Shown here: one piece after another, positions 18,828-27,860 of the stretch
How the letters are laid out: each line of letters opens with the position of its first letter
Numbering within the stretch: position 1 is the stretch's first letter
From: Candidatus Termititenax aidoneus
GTDB taxonomy: Bacteria > Margulisbacteria > Termititenacia > Termititenacales > Termititenacaceae
Length of the DNA stretch: 64,000 nt
Reading direction: 5' to 3'
Assembly (NCBI GenBank): GCA_003864455.1
Contig: BGZN01000002.1
Location: 3,810-67,809 of the forward strand
Position numbers and translations under genes: made by a program
The notes under the pieces: generated by a model
What the model was told of the DNA's origin: nothing
Database searches by the model: none
Seen by the model: only the letters and a program-made list of their open reading frames with translations

Positions 18828-19658
18828 ATGACAAATACGGAAAAGAAAATCAGCGGTGATGTGGTGGCCGGAGTGGACGTCGGCTCGCTGGCCGCCAAAT
18901 CAGTGATCATCGCGGACGGCGAAATTGTCGGACACGGCTTGATACCTTCGGGATTTAATTCGGAGGAGACCGGCAAAAGCGTGTTGCAGCATGCCTTGAA
19001 CAGCGCCGGTGTGCCGCGCGCAGCCTTGAAATATATCGTGGCCACAGGCTACGGCCGCATTTCGGCGGATTACGCCAACAAAACCGTTACGGAAATTTCC
19101 TGCCACGCTCGGGGCGCGAATTTTCTCTATCCTTCGGTGCGCACGATTATCGACATCGGCGGACAGGACTGCAAAGCGATACGCCTCGACAGCAGCGGCA
19201 ATGTGGTGGACTTTGCCATGAATGACAAATGCGCCGCCGGCACGGGGCGCTTTTTGGAAGTCATGTCCAATGTTTTTAAGGTCAAGCTGGAAGACCTCGG
19301 TGATCTGGCTTTGAGCGCGGATTCGATAGTGCCGATGAGCAGCACCTGCACGGTGTTTGTGGAGTCGGAAACTATTTCGCTGATCGCGCGCGGCGAGAAA
19401 CCGGCTAATATACAGGCTGGTATTCATCACGCTATCGCCAATCGAATTTCCGGTTTGTTTTCGCGCGTGGGCATTGAGAGCGATGTATTTTTCTCCGGCG
19501 GCGTGGCCAAAAACAAAGGCATGCGCAAAGCGATTACGGAAGTGCTCAAGGTCAATATTGTCGAGCCGACTTTTGATCCACAGTTGACGGGGGCTTTGGG
19601 CGCGGCGGCTATTGCCTGGAAAAACGCCGTCAGGGAGGGCTTATGTCAAGCAGCGTAA
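18828..19658 (+). CDS. HgdC/HadI-type ATP-dependent [4Fe-4S] activator (BadF/BadG/BcrA/BcrD ASKHA ATPase)
   Basis: GVDVGS, ATGYGR, EISCHARG, IDIGGQDCK, MNDKCAAGTGRFLE, SSTCTVF, SGGVAKN. Confidence 0.95.
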   Translation: MTNTEKKISGDVVAGVDVGSLAAKSVIIADGEIVGHGLIPSGFNSEETGKSVLQHALNSAGVPRAALKYIVATGYGRISADYANKTVTEISCHARGANFLYPSVRTIIDIGGQDCKAIRLDSSGNVVDFAMNDKCAAGTGRFLEVMSNVFKVKLEDLGDLALSADSIVPMSSTCTVFVESETISLIARGEKPANIQAGIHHAIANRISGLFSRVGIESDVFFSGGVAKNKGMRKAITEVLKVNIVEPTFDPQLTGALGAAAIAWKNAVREGLCQAA

Positions 19659-20851
19659 CGACCGCCGTTAAAGTGAATACCCTGGAAAAAATCCGTCAGG
19701 CTTTGAAAGAGCGTCCGGCGCAAATCGCCGCCGCCAAACAAAAAGGCCAAAAAGTAATCGGCTGGCTCAATTATTTTGTGCCGGAGGAAATTTTGCTGGC
19801 TCTGGACACTATTCCGGTACGTATCGGCACCGGCGGAGATGAGCAGCTGGTCGATTTTGGCGGCCGCTATATTTCCACCAAAAACTGCGTTTTCGTGCGC
19901 TCCGTGGTTGGTTTGCTGGGCGAGAAAAAAGACGCCTACACACCGCTCCTGGATTTGCTGGCGGCGGACGCGAGCTGTCTGCAAATTTTCCGTCTGGCTG
20001 AAGTAGTCAAATATTATTTTAAATACGAAACGGCTATTTTGGGTGTGCCGCGCAGTTTTACCGCGCCGGAAGGCCGCGCTTATTTCCGGCAGGAGCTGCG
20101 GAGTTTTGTGGAGCAGCTGGAGAAATTCACAGGCCGCAAACTGGCAGAGGATAAATTAAACTCGGCCATTGAACTGCTGGCCAAAATCAGAGTAACTTTG
20201 CGCTACTTGTATGAGTATCAGGCGCAGGATTACGCCAATCTGACCTGGCGTGAAGTTTTTGAAATCGTCCACGCCGGATTTTATCTCGACCGCGCGGAAT
20301 ATTTAAAACTGCTGCAGGAATTAGTTGTCGAGCTGGAAACTTTGCCGGTGGATAAAAATAGAATCCCCGGTTTGCAGCCGCGCATTTTCTTGACCGGCAG
20401 CCAGTTGTCGCCCGGCGACGTGAAACTCATCAATATTATTGAAGACCTTGGCGGCCAGATTGTCGGCGATGATCTTTGGACCGGCTTGTCGTCTTATTTG
20501 GATATTCAAATCACCGCGCCGACGGTGGACGCGGTGGCCGACGGTTATCTAGCGCGCGTGCCGCATGCGGCTTTGCCTTATCTCGACATCGGCACGGACA
20601 GCCGGATCAAAAAATTAAAAGAATTGCTGCAGAAATTTCGGGCGCAGGCGGTCATCGATCACACGCTGCGTTACTGCGACCCATACACTTTCAAAGCCGG
20701 CGAGACCAAAGATATTTTAAATAATGAGGGTTACCCTTTTTTAGAAATTCACACCGAGTACGCCTCGTCCGATGTTGAGGCGATACGCACACGGGTAGAA
20801 GCATTTTTGGAATTAGTCAGAACACGCAATGACGTGGCAGGAGGTATTTAA
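19643..20851 (+). CDS. 2-hydroxyacyl-CoA dehydratase family subunit (HgdB/FldC-like), 3 Cys
   Basis: FVPEEILLA, KNCVF, ASCLQ, RIFLTGS, VGDDL, RYCDPY, IRTRVEAFLE. Confidence 0.88.
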   Translation: MSSSVTTAVKVNTLEKIRQALKERPAQIAAAKQKGQKVIGWLNYFVPEEILLALDTIPVRIGTGGDEQLVDFGGRYISTKNCVFVRSVVGLLGEKKDAYTPLLDLLAADASCLQIFRLAEVVKYYFKYETAILGVPRSFTAPEGRAYFRQELRSFVEQLEKFTGRKLAEDKLNSAIELLAKIRVTLRYLYEYQAQDYANLTWREVFEIVHAGFYLDRAEYLKLLQELVVELETLPVDKNRIPGLQPRIFLTGSQLSPGDVKLINIIEDLGGQIVGDDLWTGLSSYLDIQITAPTVDAVADGYLARVPHAALPYLDIGTDSRIKKLKELLQKFRAQAVIDHTLRYCDPYTFKAGETKDILNNEGYPFLEIHTEYASSDVEAIRTRVEAFLELVRTRNDVAGGI

Positions 20852-20852
20852 A

Positions 20853-22244
20853 ATGGCAGTCAAAGAAAAAGTTTTTCAGTATCCCGAAACGATCAAAAAG
20901 GATTTTCTCCAGAGCGGCGGCTTAAAATTCAGCGACGGCACGGAAGTGTCCGCGGCGGAAATCTGGCGTTTCCTGACCGAGGAAGCGCCGCGGCGTTTTC
21001 CCCACGCTTTTGACGCCAGCGCCAATAGCATCGGCAAGCTGTCCGATGATGTGTGGTTTTTTGCCGGCCTCAAGCGCGCTTATTTGAACCTGACAATGAA
21101 AGACCGTTTGTTCAAGGCGCATGACGACGGCGTGCCGATCGTGCTGATCCAGGGCGGCCAGACACTCGACCCCTATTATGCGGCAGGCGGCATACCGCTG
21201 CGGCCGGGTTATGTTATGCAGTGGGCGCGCGATGTAAAGGAGGGTTTAAATCTGCGCCAGCTGGATTCGGAAGGTTTGGAGATTTTAGAAAAAGGGCGGC
21301 GCAAAATCAGCATCGAGGCCTGCAATCAGGTGTCGGCGCACGCGGCGGTTGCCAATAATATTGTGCCGGTGGATTTAATCGCGCCCTATCTCTGCCTGCG
21401 CTGTTCGGATATGTCTTTTTTGGTGGAGACGCACCACTACAAAGAAGAACAGCGGCCAAAATATTTGGTGGATTTTCCGATCAATCAGACCGGCAAACGC
21501 TACACTGTCGATTATGTGGCGGAGCAGCTGCGCGGCTTGGTGCAGGAAATCAGCAAGCTTTCCAAAAAAGAAGTTACGGACGAGACCTTGCGGCAGGAAA
21601 TCCAACGCCAAAACAAAGCGCGCCGACTGGCGCAGGAAATCATCGAGCTGTGGTGGTCGGCCGAACAGCCGCCGCTCAACAGCACGGATTTTTTCAGTAT
21701 TCCTTTTCTGGCCAATGATTTTGTCGGCGATCCGGAAGCTACCATACAGGTGCTGGAAGAAACCAAAAAAGAAGTGCTTTACCGCATTGAGCATAAAATC
21801 AAAGGCACGGGCGTGGCGGACCACGCCAAACGCGTTTTTGTCTGTGGCTCCTGCGTCGGTCCCAATTCGACCAGCGTGGAACGCGCCGGAGCGGTGCTGG
21901 TGGGACGCGATGACAATTTCAGCTGCAACAGCGTGCTGGTCAAAGAGGACGGCGACCCTTACCGCAATCTGGCGGAAGCGATTTTGGCTTTTCCTTATGA
22001 ACTGCCGACGGAGCAGCGCGCGGACTGGACTGTGGAGATGGTCAAAAAATCCCGCGCGGACGGCGTGCTTTTCATGTACAACTGGGGCTGCAATTATCAA
22101 ACTTCGGTCGGCCGCATGATCTCGGATATTGTCAAGGAAAAGACCGGCAAGCCGGCAACTTTTGTGGAAGTCGGCGAGCTGGGACGCACGGAAGCCACCG
22201 AGCAGTCGGAAAACCGCGTGGAAGCATTTATTGAAATGATTTAA
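20853..22244 (+). CDS. 2-hydroxyacyl-CoA dehydratase family subunit, divergent, 7 Cys
   Basis: RADGVLFMYNWGCNY, ENRVEAFIEMI; Cys in EAC, CLRC, CGSC, FSC, WGC; start taken at ATG 20853 after GGAGG. Confidence 0.82.
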   Translation: MAVKEKVFQYPETIKKDFLQSGGLKFSDGTEVSAAEIWRFLTEEAPRRFPHAFDASANSIGKLSDDVWFFAGLKRAYLNLTMKDRLFKAHDDGVPIVLIQGGQTLDPYYAAGGIPLRPGYVMQWARDVKEGLNLRQLDSEGLEILEKGRRKISIEACNQVSAHAAVANNIVPVDLIAPYLCLRCSDMSFLVETHHYKEEQRPKYLVDFPINQTGKRYTVDYVAEQLRGLVQEISKLSKKEVTDETLRQEIQRQNKARRLAQEIIELWWSAEQPPLNSTDFFSIPFLANDFVGDPEATIQVLEETKKEVLYRIEHKIKGTGVADHAKRVFVCGSCVGPNSTSVERAGAVLVGRDDNFSCNSVLVKEDGDPYRNLAEAILAFPYELPTEQRADWTVEMVKKSRADGVLFMYNWGCNYQTSVGRMISDIVKEKTGKPATFVEVGELGRTEATEQSENRVEAFIEMI

Positions 22245-22257
22245 GAGGAGTTAATTT

Positions 22258-23016
22258 GTGAGTGTTAAGAGCGGCGGCAAATATGACGGATTTATCGCGC
22301 CGGCCGCGCTCCTGGCGGTGTGGGAATTAGTTACCCGTCTGGGCTGGGCGCCGCCTTCTTTATTAGTGCCGCCCAGCCAGTTACTGGGTTTGCTGGTCGA
22401 ATTATTACTCTCCGGCGAATTGCTTTTGAATATTCGGGTCAGTCTCTTGCGCGTGGCGATTGGTTTTTCGCTGGGCTCTCTGCTGGGTTTGCTGACGGGT
22501 CTGGCCATGGGGCTTTCCGCCAGAGCCAGACGTATCATCATGCCGACTTTTAACGCCTTTCGCCAGATTTCTTTATTTGCCTGGGTGCCTTTGCTGATGC
22601 TCTGGTTCGGTATCGGCGAGGGCATGAAATATGTTTTCATCGCTTTGGGAGCGTTTCCCTCGATGGCGCTGAACACGATGAGCGGCATCGCCACCGTGCC
22701 CAAAGCTTTTTTGGAACTGGCGCGCGTGTATGAGTATTCCCGTTATGACACGATACGCCGCGTGATTATTCCGGCAGCTTTTCCGTCTATTTTTACCGGA
22801 CTGCGTTTGAGTCTGGGCATAGCCTGGATGATGGTCGTCGGCGCGGAATTGCTGGCTTCAGATGTCGGCGTCGGTTTTATGATGACCTGGGGGCGGCAAT
22901 TATTTCAAATGGACGTGGTGATGGTCGGCGTGGTCGTGATCGGCGTGATCGGCGTTTTGCTAAATTCCGGCGTGTCGTCTTTGGAGAGGCGTCTTTTGCG
23001 CTATAAAAAAAGATGA
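22258..23016 (+). CDS. SsuC/TauC-family ABC permease
   Basis: SLLRVAIGF, AWVPLLMLWFGIGE, IPAAFPSIFTGLRLSLG, VGAELLAS. Confidence 0.92.
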   Translation: MSVKSGGKYDGFIAPAALLAVWELVTRLGWAPPSLLVPPSQLLGLLVELLLSGELLLNIRVSLLRVAIGFSLGSLLGLLTGLAMGLSARARRIIMPTFNAFRQISLFAWVPLLMLWFGIGEGMKYVFIALGAFPSMALNTMSGIATVPKAFLELARVYEYSRYDTIRRVIIPAAFPSIFTGLRLSLGIAWMMVVGAELLASDVGVGFMMTWGRQLFQMDVVMVGVVVIGVIGVLLNSGVSSLERRLLRYKKR

Positions 23017-23834
23017 GCAGCCGGACTAAACAAACTAAAAATTTTTGGCGAGACCCGTATAGTTATTTTTTGCCGGGCGGTATTTTTCTGCTGTGGCTGA
23101 TCGTTACAGAATTTAAACTGGTCGAGCCGCGCCTAGTGCCGTCTATCGGCAGCGTGGCGGAAGCTTTGTGGGAATTATTCCGCACCGGTGTCCGGGTGGA
23201 TTTTTCGACCAATTTGGGTTTGGCTATCGGTTTGAGTATCTCACGGGTTTTTCGGGGGTTTCTGCTGGGCAATATTTTGGGTTTTCTTTTTGGCTCGGCG
23301 CTGGGCCTGTCTCCGCGGGCGGAGCGTTTATTTTTGCCTTTGTTTCACGCGGTGCGGCAAGTGCCGTTTGTCGGCTGGATACCGTTGATCATTATCTGGT
23401 GCGGCACTGGCGAGGGCGGACGCATCACGTTCATCACACTGGGCGCTTTTACGCCGATGGCGCTGAATACTCACGCCGGAATTGTCGGCGTGCCCAAGCA
23501 ATATCTGGAGCTGGGGCAGGTTTACCGGCTCTCCCTGTGGCAGTTGTATTCCAGAATTGTTTTGCCGTCCGCTTTGCCGTCCATTTTGACTGGCGTGGTT
23601 TTGAGTTTCAATATGTCCTGGATACTGTTGATCGCCGCTGAAATTATGATCAGCACGCAGGTGGGTTTGGGCGCGCTGATTTCCGACGCGCGCGAGATTT
23701 TTTATATGGACGTGGTTTTTGCCGGAGTGTTTTTGATCGTGATTATTACTTTAAGTTTGAATTATTTGATCGAGACCGCGCAGCGAAAATTATTGCTGCG
23801 TTTCAAAAAAGAAGGAACGAGGGGCGGATATTAA
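23013..23834 (+). CDS. SsuC/TauC-family ABC permease (second)
   Basis: RQVPFVGWIPLIIIW, LPSALPSILTG, LIAAEI. Confidence 0.92.
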   Translation: MSSRTKQTKNFWRDPYSYFLPGGIFLLWLIVTEFKLVEPRLVPSIGSVAEALWELFRTGVRVDFSTNLGLAIGLSISRVFRGFLLGNILGFLFGSALGLSPRAERLFLPLFHAVRQVPFVGWIPLIIIWCGTGEGGRITFITLGAFTPMALNTHAGIVGVPKQYLELGQVYRLSLWQLYSRIVLPSALPSILTGVVLSFNMSWILLIAAEIMISTQVGLGALISDAREIFYMDVVFAGVFLIVIITLSLNYLIETAQRKLLLRFKKEGTRGGY

Positions 23835-23835
23835 A

Positions 23836-24609
23836 ATGACTGAACAATTAGAAATTATTGGCTTGAGCAAACAATTTATTATTGAGCAAAAACCTTTGCC
23901 GGTTTTGGACAACATCAGCCTTTCCGTGAAGTCCGGCGAATTTGTCTCGATCATCGGCTCCAGCGGCTGCGGCAAGACCACGCTGTTGCGCATAATTTTG
24001 GGGCTGGACACGGACTACACCGGACAGGTGCTGCTCAACGGCAGACAAATACACGGCACCGGACTGGAGCGCGGCGTGGTTTTTCAGGAGCACCGCCTGC
24101 TGCCCTGGCTGACCGTCGAGGACAACGCGGCTTTTGGCTTGCACAAACTGTCTCTGGCGGAACGCGCGCCGATAATCAAACAACATCTGGCGCTGGTCGG
24201 CCTGACCGGTTTTGAAAAAGCGTTTCCCTATCAGCTGTCCGGCGGCATGGCGCAGCGCGTGGCTATCGCTCGCGCGCTGGTCAACCGGCCGGAGCTGCTT
24301 TTGCTGGACGAGCCGCTGGGAGCGCTGGACGCGCTGACCCGTATTTATATGCAGGAAGAATTAGAAAAAATCTGGCGCAAAGAAAAAATCTCGATGCTTA
24401 TGATCACGCATGACGTGGAGGAGGCGGTGTATTTAGGCGACCGCGTAGTGATCATGTCCTCGCGCCCGGGAATTATCAAAAAAATTATTCCCGTGGAGCT
24501 GCCGCGGCCGCGCGACCGGGGCAGCGCGGATTTTGCCCGTCTCAAAGAAGCTTTGCTGGAGGAATTTCAACTAGGCGTGCAGCGGCCGGCGGTGGAATAC
24601 ACGATTTGA
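23836..24609 (+). CDS. SsuB/TauB-family ABC ATP-binding protein
   Basis: GSSGCGKT, FQEHRLLPWLTV, LSGGMAQR, LLDEPLGALDALTR, ITHDVEEA. Confidence 0.95.
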   Translation: MTEQLEIIGLSKQFIIEQKPLPVLDNISLSVKSGEFVSIIGSSGCGKTTLLRIILGLDTDYTGQVLLNGRQIHGTGLERGVVFQEHRLLPWLTVEDNAAFGLHKLSLAERAPIIKQHLALVGLTGFEKAFPYQLSGGMAQRVAIARALVNRPELLLLDEPLGALDALTRIYMQEELEKIWRKEKISMLMITHDVEEAVYLGDRVVIMSSRPGIIKKIIPVELPRPRDRGSADFARLKEALLEEFQLGVQRPAVEYTI

Positions 24610-25853
24610 GCATGACGCGCTGGGGCTTAATTTTCCGCTCTTTGCAGTTTAAGCATTTTCGGAATTTTTTTCTGGCGCAAAACATCGTGATGACCGGCAG
24701 CTGGATGCAGAGAAGCGCGGTTTTGTGGCTGGTTTACCGCCTGACGCAGTCCTCTCTGCTGCTGGGTTTGTGCGCTTTTTTGGGCGAACTGCCGGTTTTT
24801 ATTTTGACGCCTTTTGCCGGAGTTTTGAGCGACCGCTTCAACAAAAAAAATCTGCTGCGCGTTTATATTTTAATTACAGTCTTTTTTAGTTTTTTGCTGG
24901 CCTTGGCCGGCTGGCGGCAAGTCGCTTTTATTCCCGTGTATTTTGCGCTCAATGTTTGTCTGGGGATCATGTCCGGTCTGGACAACGCCGTGCGGCAAGC
25001 TCTGGTCAGCGAGCTAGTGCCGTCCCGGGAATATATTTCCAACGCGCTGGCGCTGTTTAATATGTCCAATCACTGTTCGCGCATTGTTAGTTTTTCACTA
25101 TTTGGCTTGATCATTAAATTTTTTGGCGAGACCGGCTGTTTTGTTTTCAATGTGCTTTTTGCCTTTACGATGTTTGGCGCGCTGTGCTCCATACCCGACA
25201 GCGCGGTGTATCAGCCGGAAAAGCAGGCTCGCGCCGCGCCGCTCTGGAATAGTTTTCGGGAAGGCGCGCGTTATCTCGCCGGCGACAAAGCCCTGTCTAC
25301 TCTGGTCTTGACCGTGGTCGGCATGAGCATGGTGGGCATGTCTTACAGTGTCACGCTGCCAGTGCTGGCGCAGGAGATTTTTCACGGCGACGCGTCCACT
25401 TTTGGCTGGCTGATGACCGGCGTGTCGCTGGGATCGCTTTCCGCTTCCGTGCAGCTGGCCTGCCGCAAAAATATTCTAAATCTGGAACGGGATATTTTGC
25501 AGGCCGGTTTGCTCTGGGGACTGATGTTTCTCCTGCTGGCTTATAATCAAATCCTCTGGCTGAACTGGTTTTTGCTGATTTTGCTGGGGCATGGCGTGGT
25601 GGTACAGTTTGGCAGCAATATTATTCTGCAAACTCTGGCGCCGCGGCCTTACCGCGGACGTCTGGTCAGTTTTTATATTTTGGCTTTTCACGGTATGACG
25701 CCTTTTGGCAGTTTGCTTTTGGGGCGGCTCACTTCCTGGCTGGGCGTGCAAAACGCGCTGGCCTTTTGCGGTGTGTTTTGTTTGAGCGTGATGCTCTGGT
25801 TTTGGTCGAGACGCCAAATTGTGGCGGAGAGGATTGGGGCGAGACAGGGTTAA
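24606..25853 (+). CDS. MFS transporter
   Basis: FRNFFLAQ...GSWMQ, PFAGVLSDRFNKK, RGRLVSFY; about 12 hydrophobic segments; overlaps the ATPase stop. Confidence 0.9.
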   Translation: MSMTRWGLIFRSLQFKHFRNFFLAQNIVMTGSWMQRSAVLWLVYRLTQSSLLLGLCAFLGELPVFILTPFAGVLSDRFNKKNLLRVYILITVFFSFLLALAGWRQVAFIPVYFALNVCLGIMSGLDNAVRQALVSELVPSREYISNALALFNMSNHCSRIVSFSLFGLIIKFFGETGCFVFNVLFAFTMFGALCSIPDSAVYQPEKQARAAPLWNSFREGARYLAGDKALSTLVLTVVGMSMVGMSYSVTLPVLAQEIFHGDASTFGWLMTGVSLGSLSASVQLACRKNILNLERDILQAGLLWGLMFLLLAYNQILWLNWFLLILLGHGVVVQFGSNIILQTLAPRPYRGRLVSFYILAFHGMTPFGSLLLGRLTSWLGVQNALAFCGVFCLSVMLWFWSRRQIVAERIGARQG

Positions 25854-25895
25854 AAATGTTATAATAAATTTATATTTGTAGCGAGGATTACTACG

Positions 25896-26276
25896 ATGTT
25901 GGCATTAACTCAAGATGAAAAATTAGATATAATGAAAACTCTAAATTGGGACTATGCCGCGTCTCCAGAAGATATGCTGGCGGTTGTCGATGGCCAAAAA
26001 GCCAGAGCTGGAAATTTTGATCAAGAGCGGCTTTTTGTGCGGAGCTTGGAGCGGCTGAGTTGGCACCGCTTGGTTGCTTTATGGGGAGTGGAAAAAATAA
26101 AAGCGCTGTATACTCCTCAGGTTGCGCACCGGTTGCGTTCGCCGGATTTTAGGAGGGAATATGTCTTTGCTGTCGGAATATTACGAGGCGAGCCTGTATC
26201 CGTTGCAGGATGGGGTTCTGAACGCAGTAAGCAATTGCAAAACCTCTTTTTATCTGACCGGTGGCACCGCAATTAG
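25896..26276 (+). CDS. Putative antitoxin partner of an AbiEii-like toxin
   Basis: LNWDY N-terminal motif; overlaps the downstream nucleotidyltransferase; TGTTATAAT extended -10 upstream. Confidence 0.55.
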   Translation: MLALTQDEKLDIMKTLNWDYAASPEDMLAVVDGQKARAGNFDQERLFVRSLERLSWHRLVALWGVEKIKALYTPQVAHRLRSPDFRREYVFAVGILRGEPVSVAGWGSERSKQLQNLFLSDRWHRN

Positions 26277-26629
26277 TCGCGCCTATTACCGGCATCGTTA
26301 CTCGGATGATTTAGACTTTTTTGTCAATGCGGATCCCAACTATCAGGAACAGGTAAATTTAATTCTGACCAAGCTGCGGGAAGCGGGTTTTTTTGGAATG
26401 CGTTGCGGATATTTGCGAGATAGCGCGGCACAGTTCTTTTGACTGGGCGGAAATAATCAAAGAGGCGCGGGCAAAAGAGAATGGTCTGGAGATTCCCCTG
26501 ATCTGTGAAGTATTAAAAGGCTTGCCCGCTCAAGAATTTGAAAATATCAAATGGATCAACAAGCCGGCTTTCACGGATTTCTTAAAAGATGTAGATAAGC
26601 TAGTTTTTGATTTATTGAGTTTGCGTTAA
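26161..26629 (+). pseudogene. AbiEii/AbiGii nucleotidyltransferase toxin, frameshifted and probably internally deleted
   Basis: FYLTGGTAISRAYYRHRYSDDLDFF; +1 shift in T7 (26388-26394). The repaired ORF is only 155 aa and jumps to ADICEIA, lacking the usual K..A..R...KD segment. Confidence 0.7.
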
Positions 26630-26770
26630 AGCGCGCGATAGTTTAGTTGCCAAAATCTCGAGTTGGGAAATACTTCCGGAATAATTTACATTATTGTGAC
26701 TGATAGTATACAATGTTCGAAAGTTTATATCGGGTTTTCTTAACGGGGGATATAATAAAGGAGTATCTTC

Positions 26771-27856
26771 TTGTTAAAGAAACGAGGATTATTCTTAGTT
26801 CTTTTCCTTGTTTATATTTATGCTTTTGCGCAGGCCAGAGAATATACTCCAGAAGAAAAACTAGCCCAAATGTTTATGCTGGGCTTCAAGGGCGCTTCAT
26901 TGCCGGAGTTCGCGGCTTTTGTGTCCGGCAATCACTGGGGCGGTTATATTTTTTATGCCGAGGACACAAATATTGCTGACTCCGGGCAAGCCGCAGGATT
27001 TTTGCAGTCTATTGCCGGCCGGTCCAGCGACACTAAAATAAAACCTTTTTTGGCGGTGGATATGGAAGGCGGCGGCTGGCAGTTGGCCAAAGAAAAAACG
27101 GACAAAGGCTTGGTTTATTTTGTTTCCCCGCGGAATATAGCCGGAACTGATCCGGAGTCCAGAAAAAGCTGGGCGGAGAATATAGCCGCTTATACCAAAA
27201 CTCTGGGTTTCAATTTAAATCTGTCTCCGGTTGTCGATGTGGACAGAAGTCCGTTTAACAACAGCCGGTCTTTTGGCGGGACGGCGGAAACGGTTATTGA
27301 AAATGCCCGGCTGTTTCTGGACGCGCATCAAGCTAACGGTGTGGTGTGCGCGCTCAAACATTTCCCCGGGCGGGGGAGCGGACGTCAGGAAGATATAGAC
27401 AATTTGTATGAACGCGCCAGCGATTTGCGGCCTTTTCAGGCTTTGGCGGCGCATCAGAATACGGGCTTGATAATGATTTCAACATTGGTTTATCCAAATA
27501 TTGACCCGGATAAACCGGCTCATAAATCTCCAGAGGCATATAAATTATTGCGCGCTTTGGGTTATCGCAATATTGCGCTTACCGATGATATTAGCGGCTG
27601 CGGCGCGACTATTGAGGAATTGCAAAATGAGATCGTCGAAATTATTGAAGCTGGCGCTGATATGCTCTTGCTGGCAAATAAAGGCGGAAATTATGATCCC
27701 CAGCTCTCAGTTAAATTGCGGCAAGCGGTCAAAAACATTGTGCGGCGGCGTTTAATTACTGAGGAACGGATCGAAGAGTCTTTTGCGCGAATTTTGGCTG
27801 TCAAGCAAAAACACAACATAGAGCCGGAAGAAATTTATTTGAATTATGAGATTTAA
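26771..27856 (+). CDS. Secreted GH3 beta-N-acetylhexosaminidase-like protein (NagZ-like)
   Basis: Signal peptide; AVDMEGG, NLSPVVDV, RSFG, LKHFPGRG, LTDDI, AGADMLL; AAGGAG before TTG start. Confidence 0.85.
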   Translation: MLKKRGLFLVLFLVYIYAFAQAREYTPEEKLAQMFMLGFKGASLPEFAAFVSGNHWGGYIFYAEDTNIADSGQAAGFLQSIAGRSSDTKIKPFLAVDMEGGGWQLAKEKTDKGLVYFVSPRNIAGTDPESRKSWAENIAAYTKTLGFNLNLSPVVDVDRSPFNNSRSFGGTAETVIENARLFLDAHQANGVVCALKHFPGRGSGRQEDIDNLYERASDLRPFQALAAHQNTGLIMISTLVYPNIDPDKPAHKSPEAYKLLRALGYRNIALTDDISGCGATIEELQNEIVEIIEAGADMLLLANKGGNYDPQLSVKLRQAVKNIVRRRLITEERIEESFARILAVKQKHNIEPEEIYLNYEI

Positions 27857-27860
27857 TAAT

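Noticed and set aside
18828..22244. Ordinary amino-acid fermentation dehydratase or benzoyl-CoA reductase
   Set aside because: No CoA-transferase/ligase, dehydrogenase, ETF or ring-cleavage genes nearby, and the context and shared operator point to sulfur acquisition. Not excluded if partners are encoded elsewhere.
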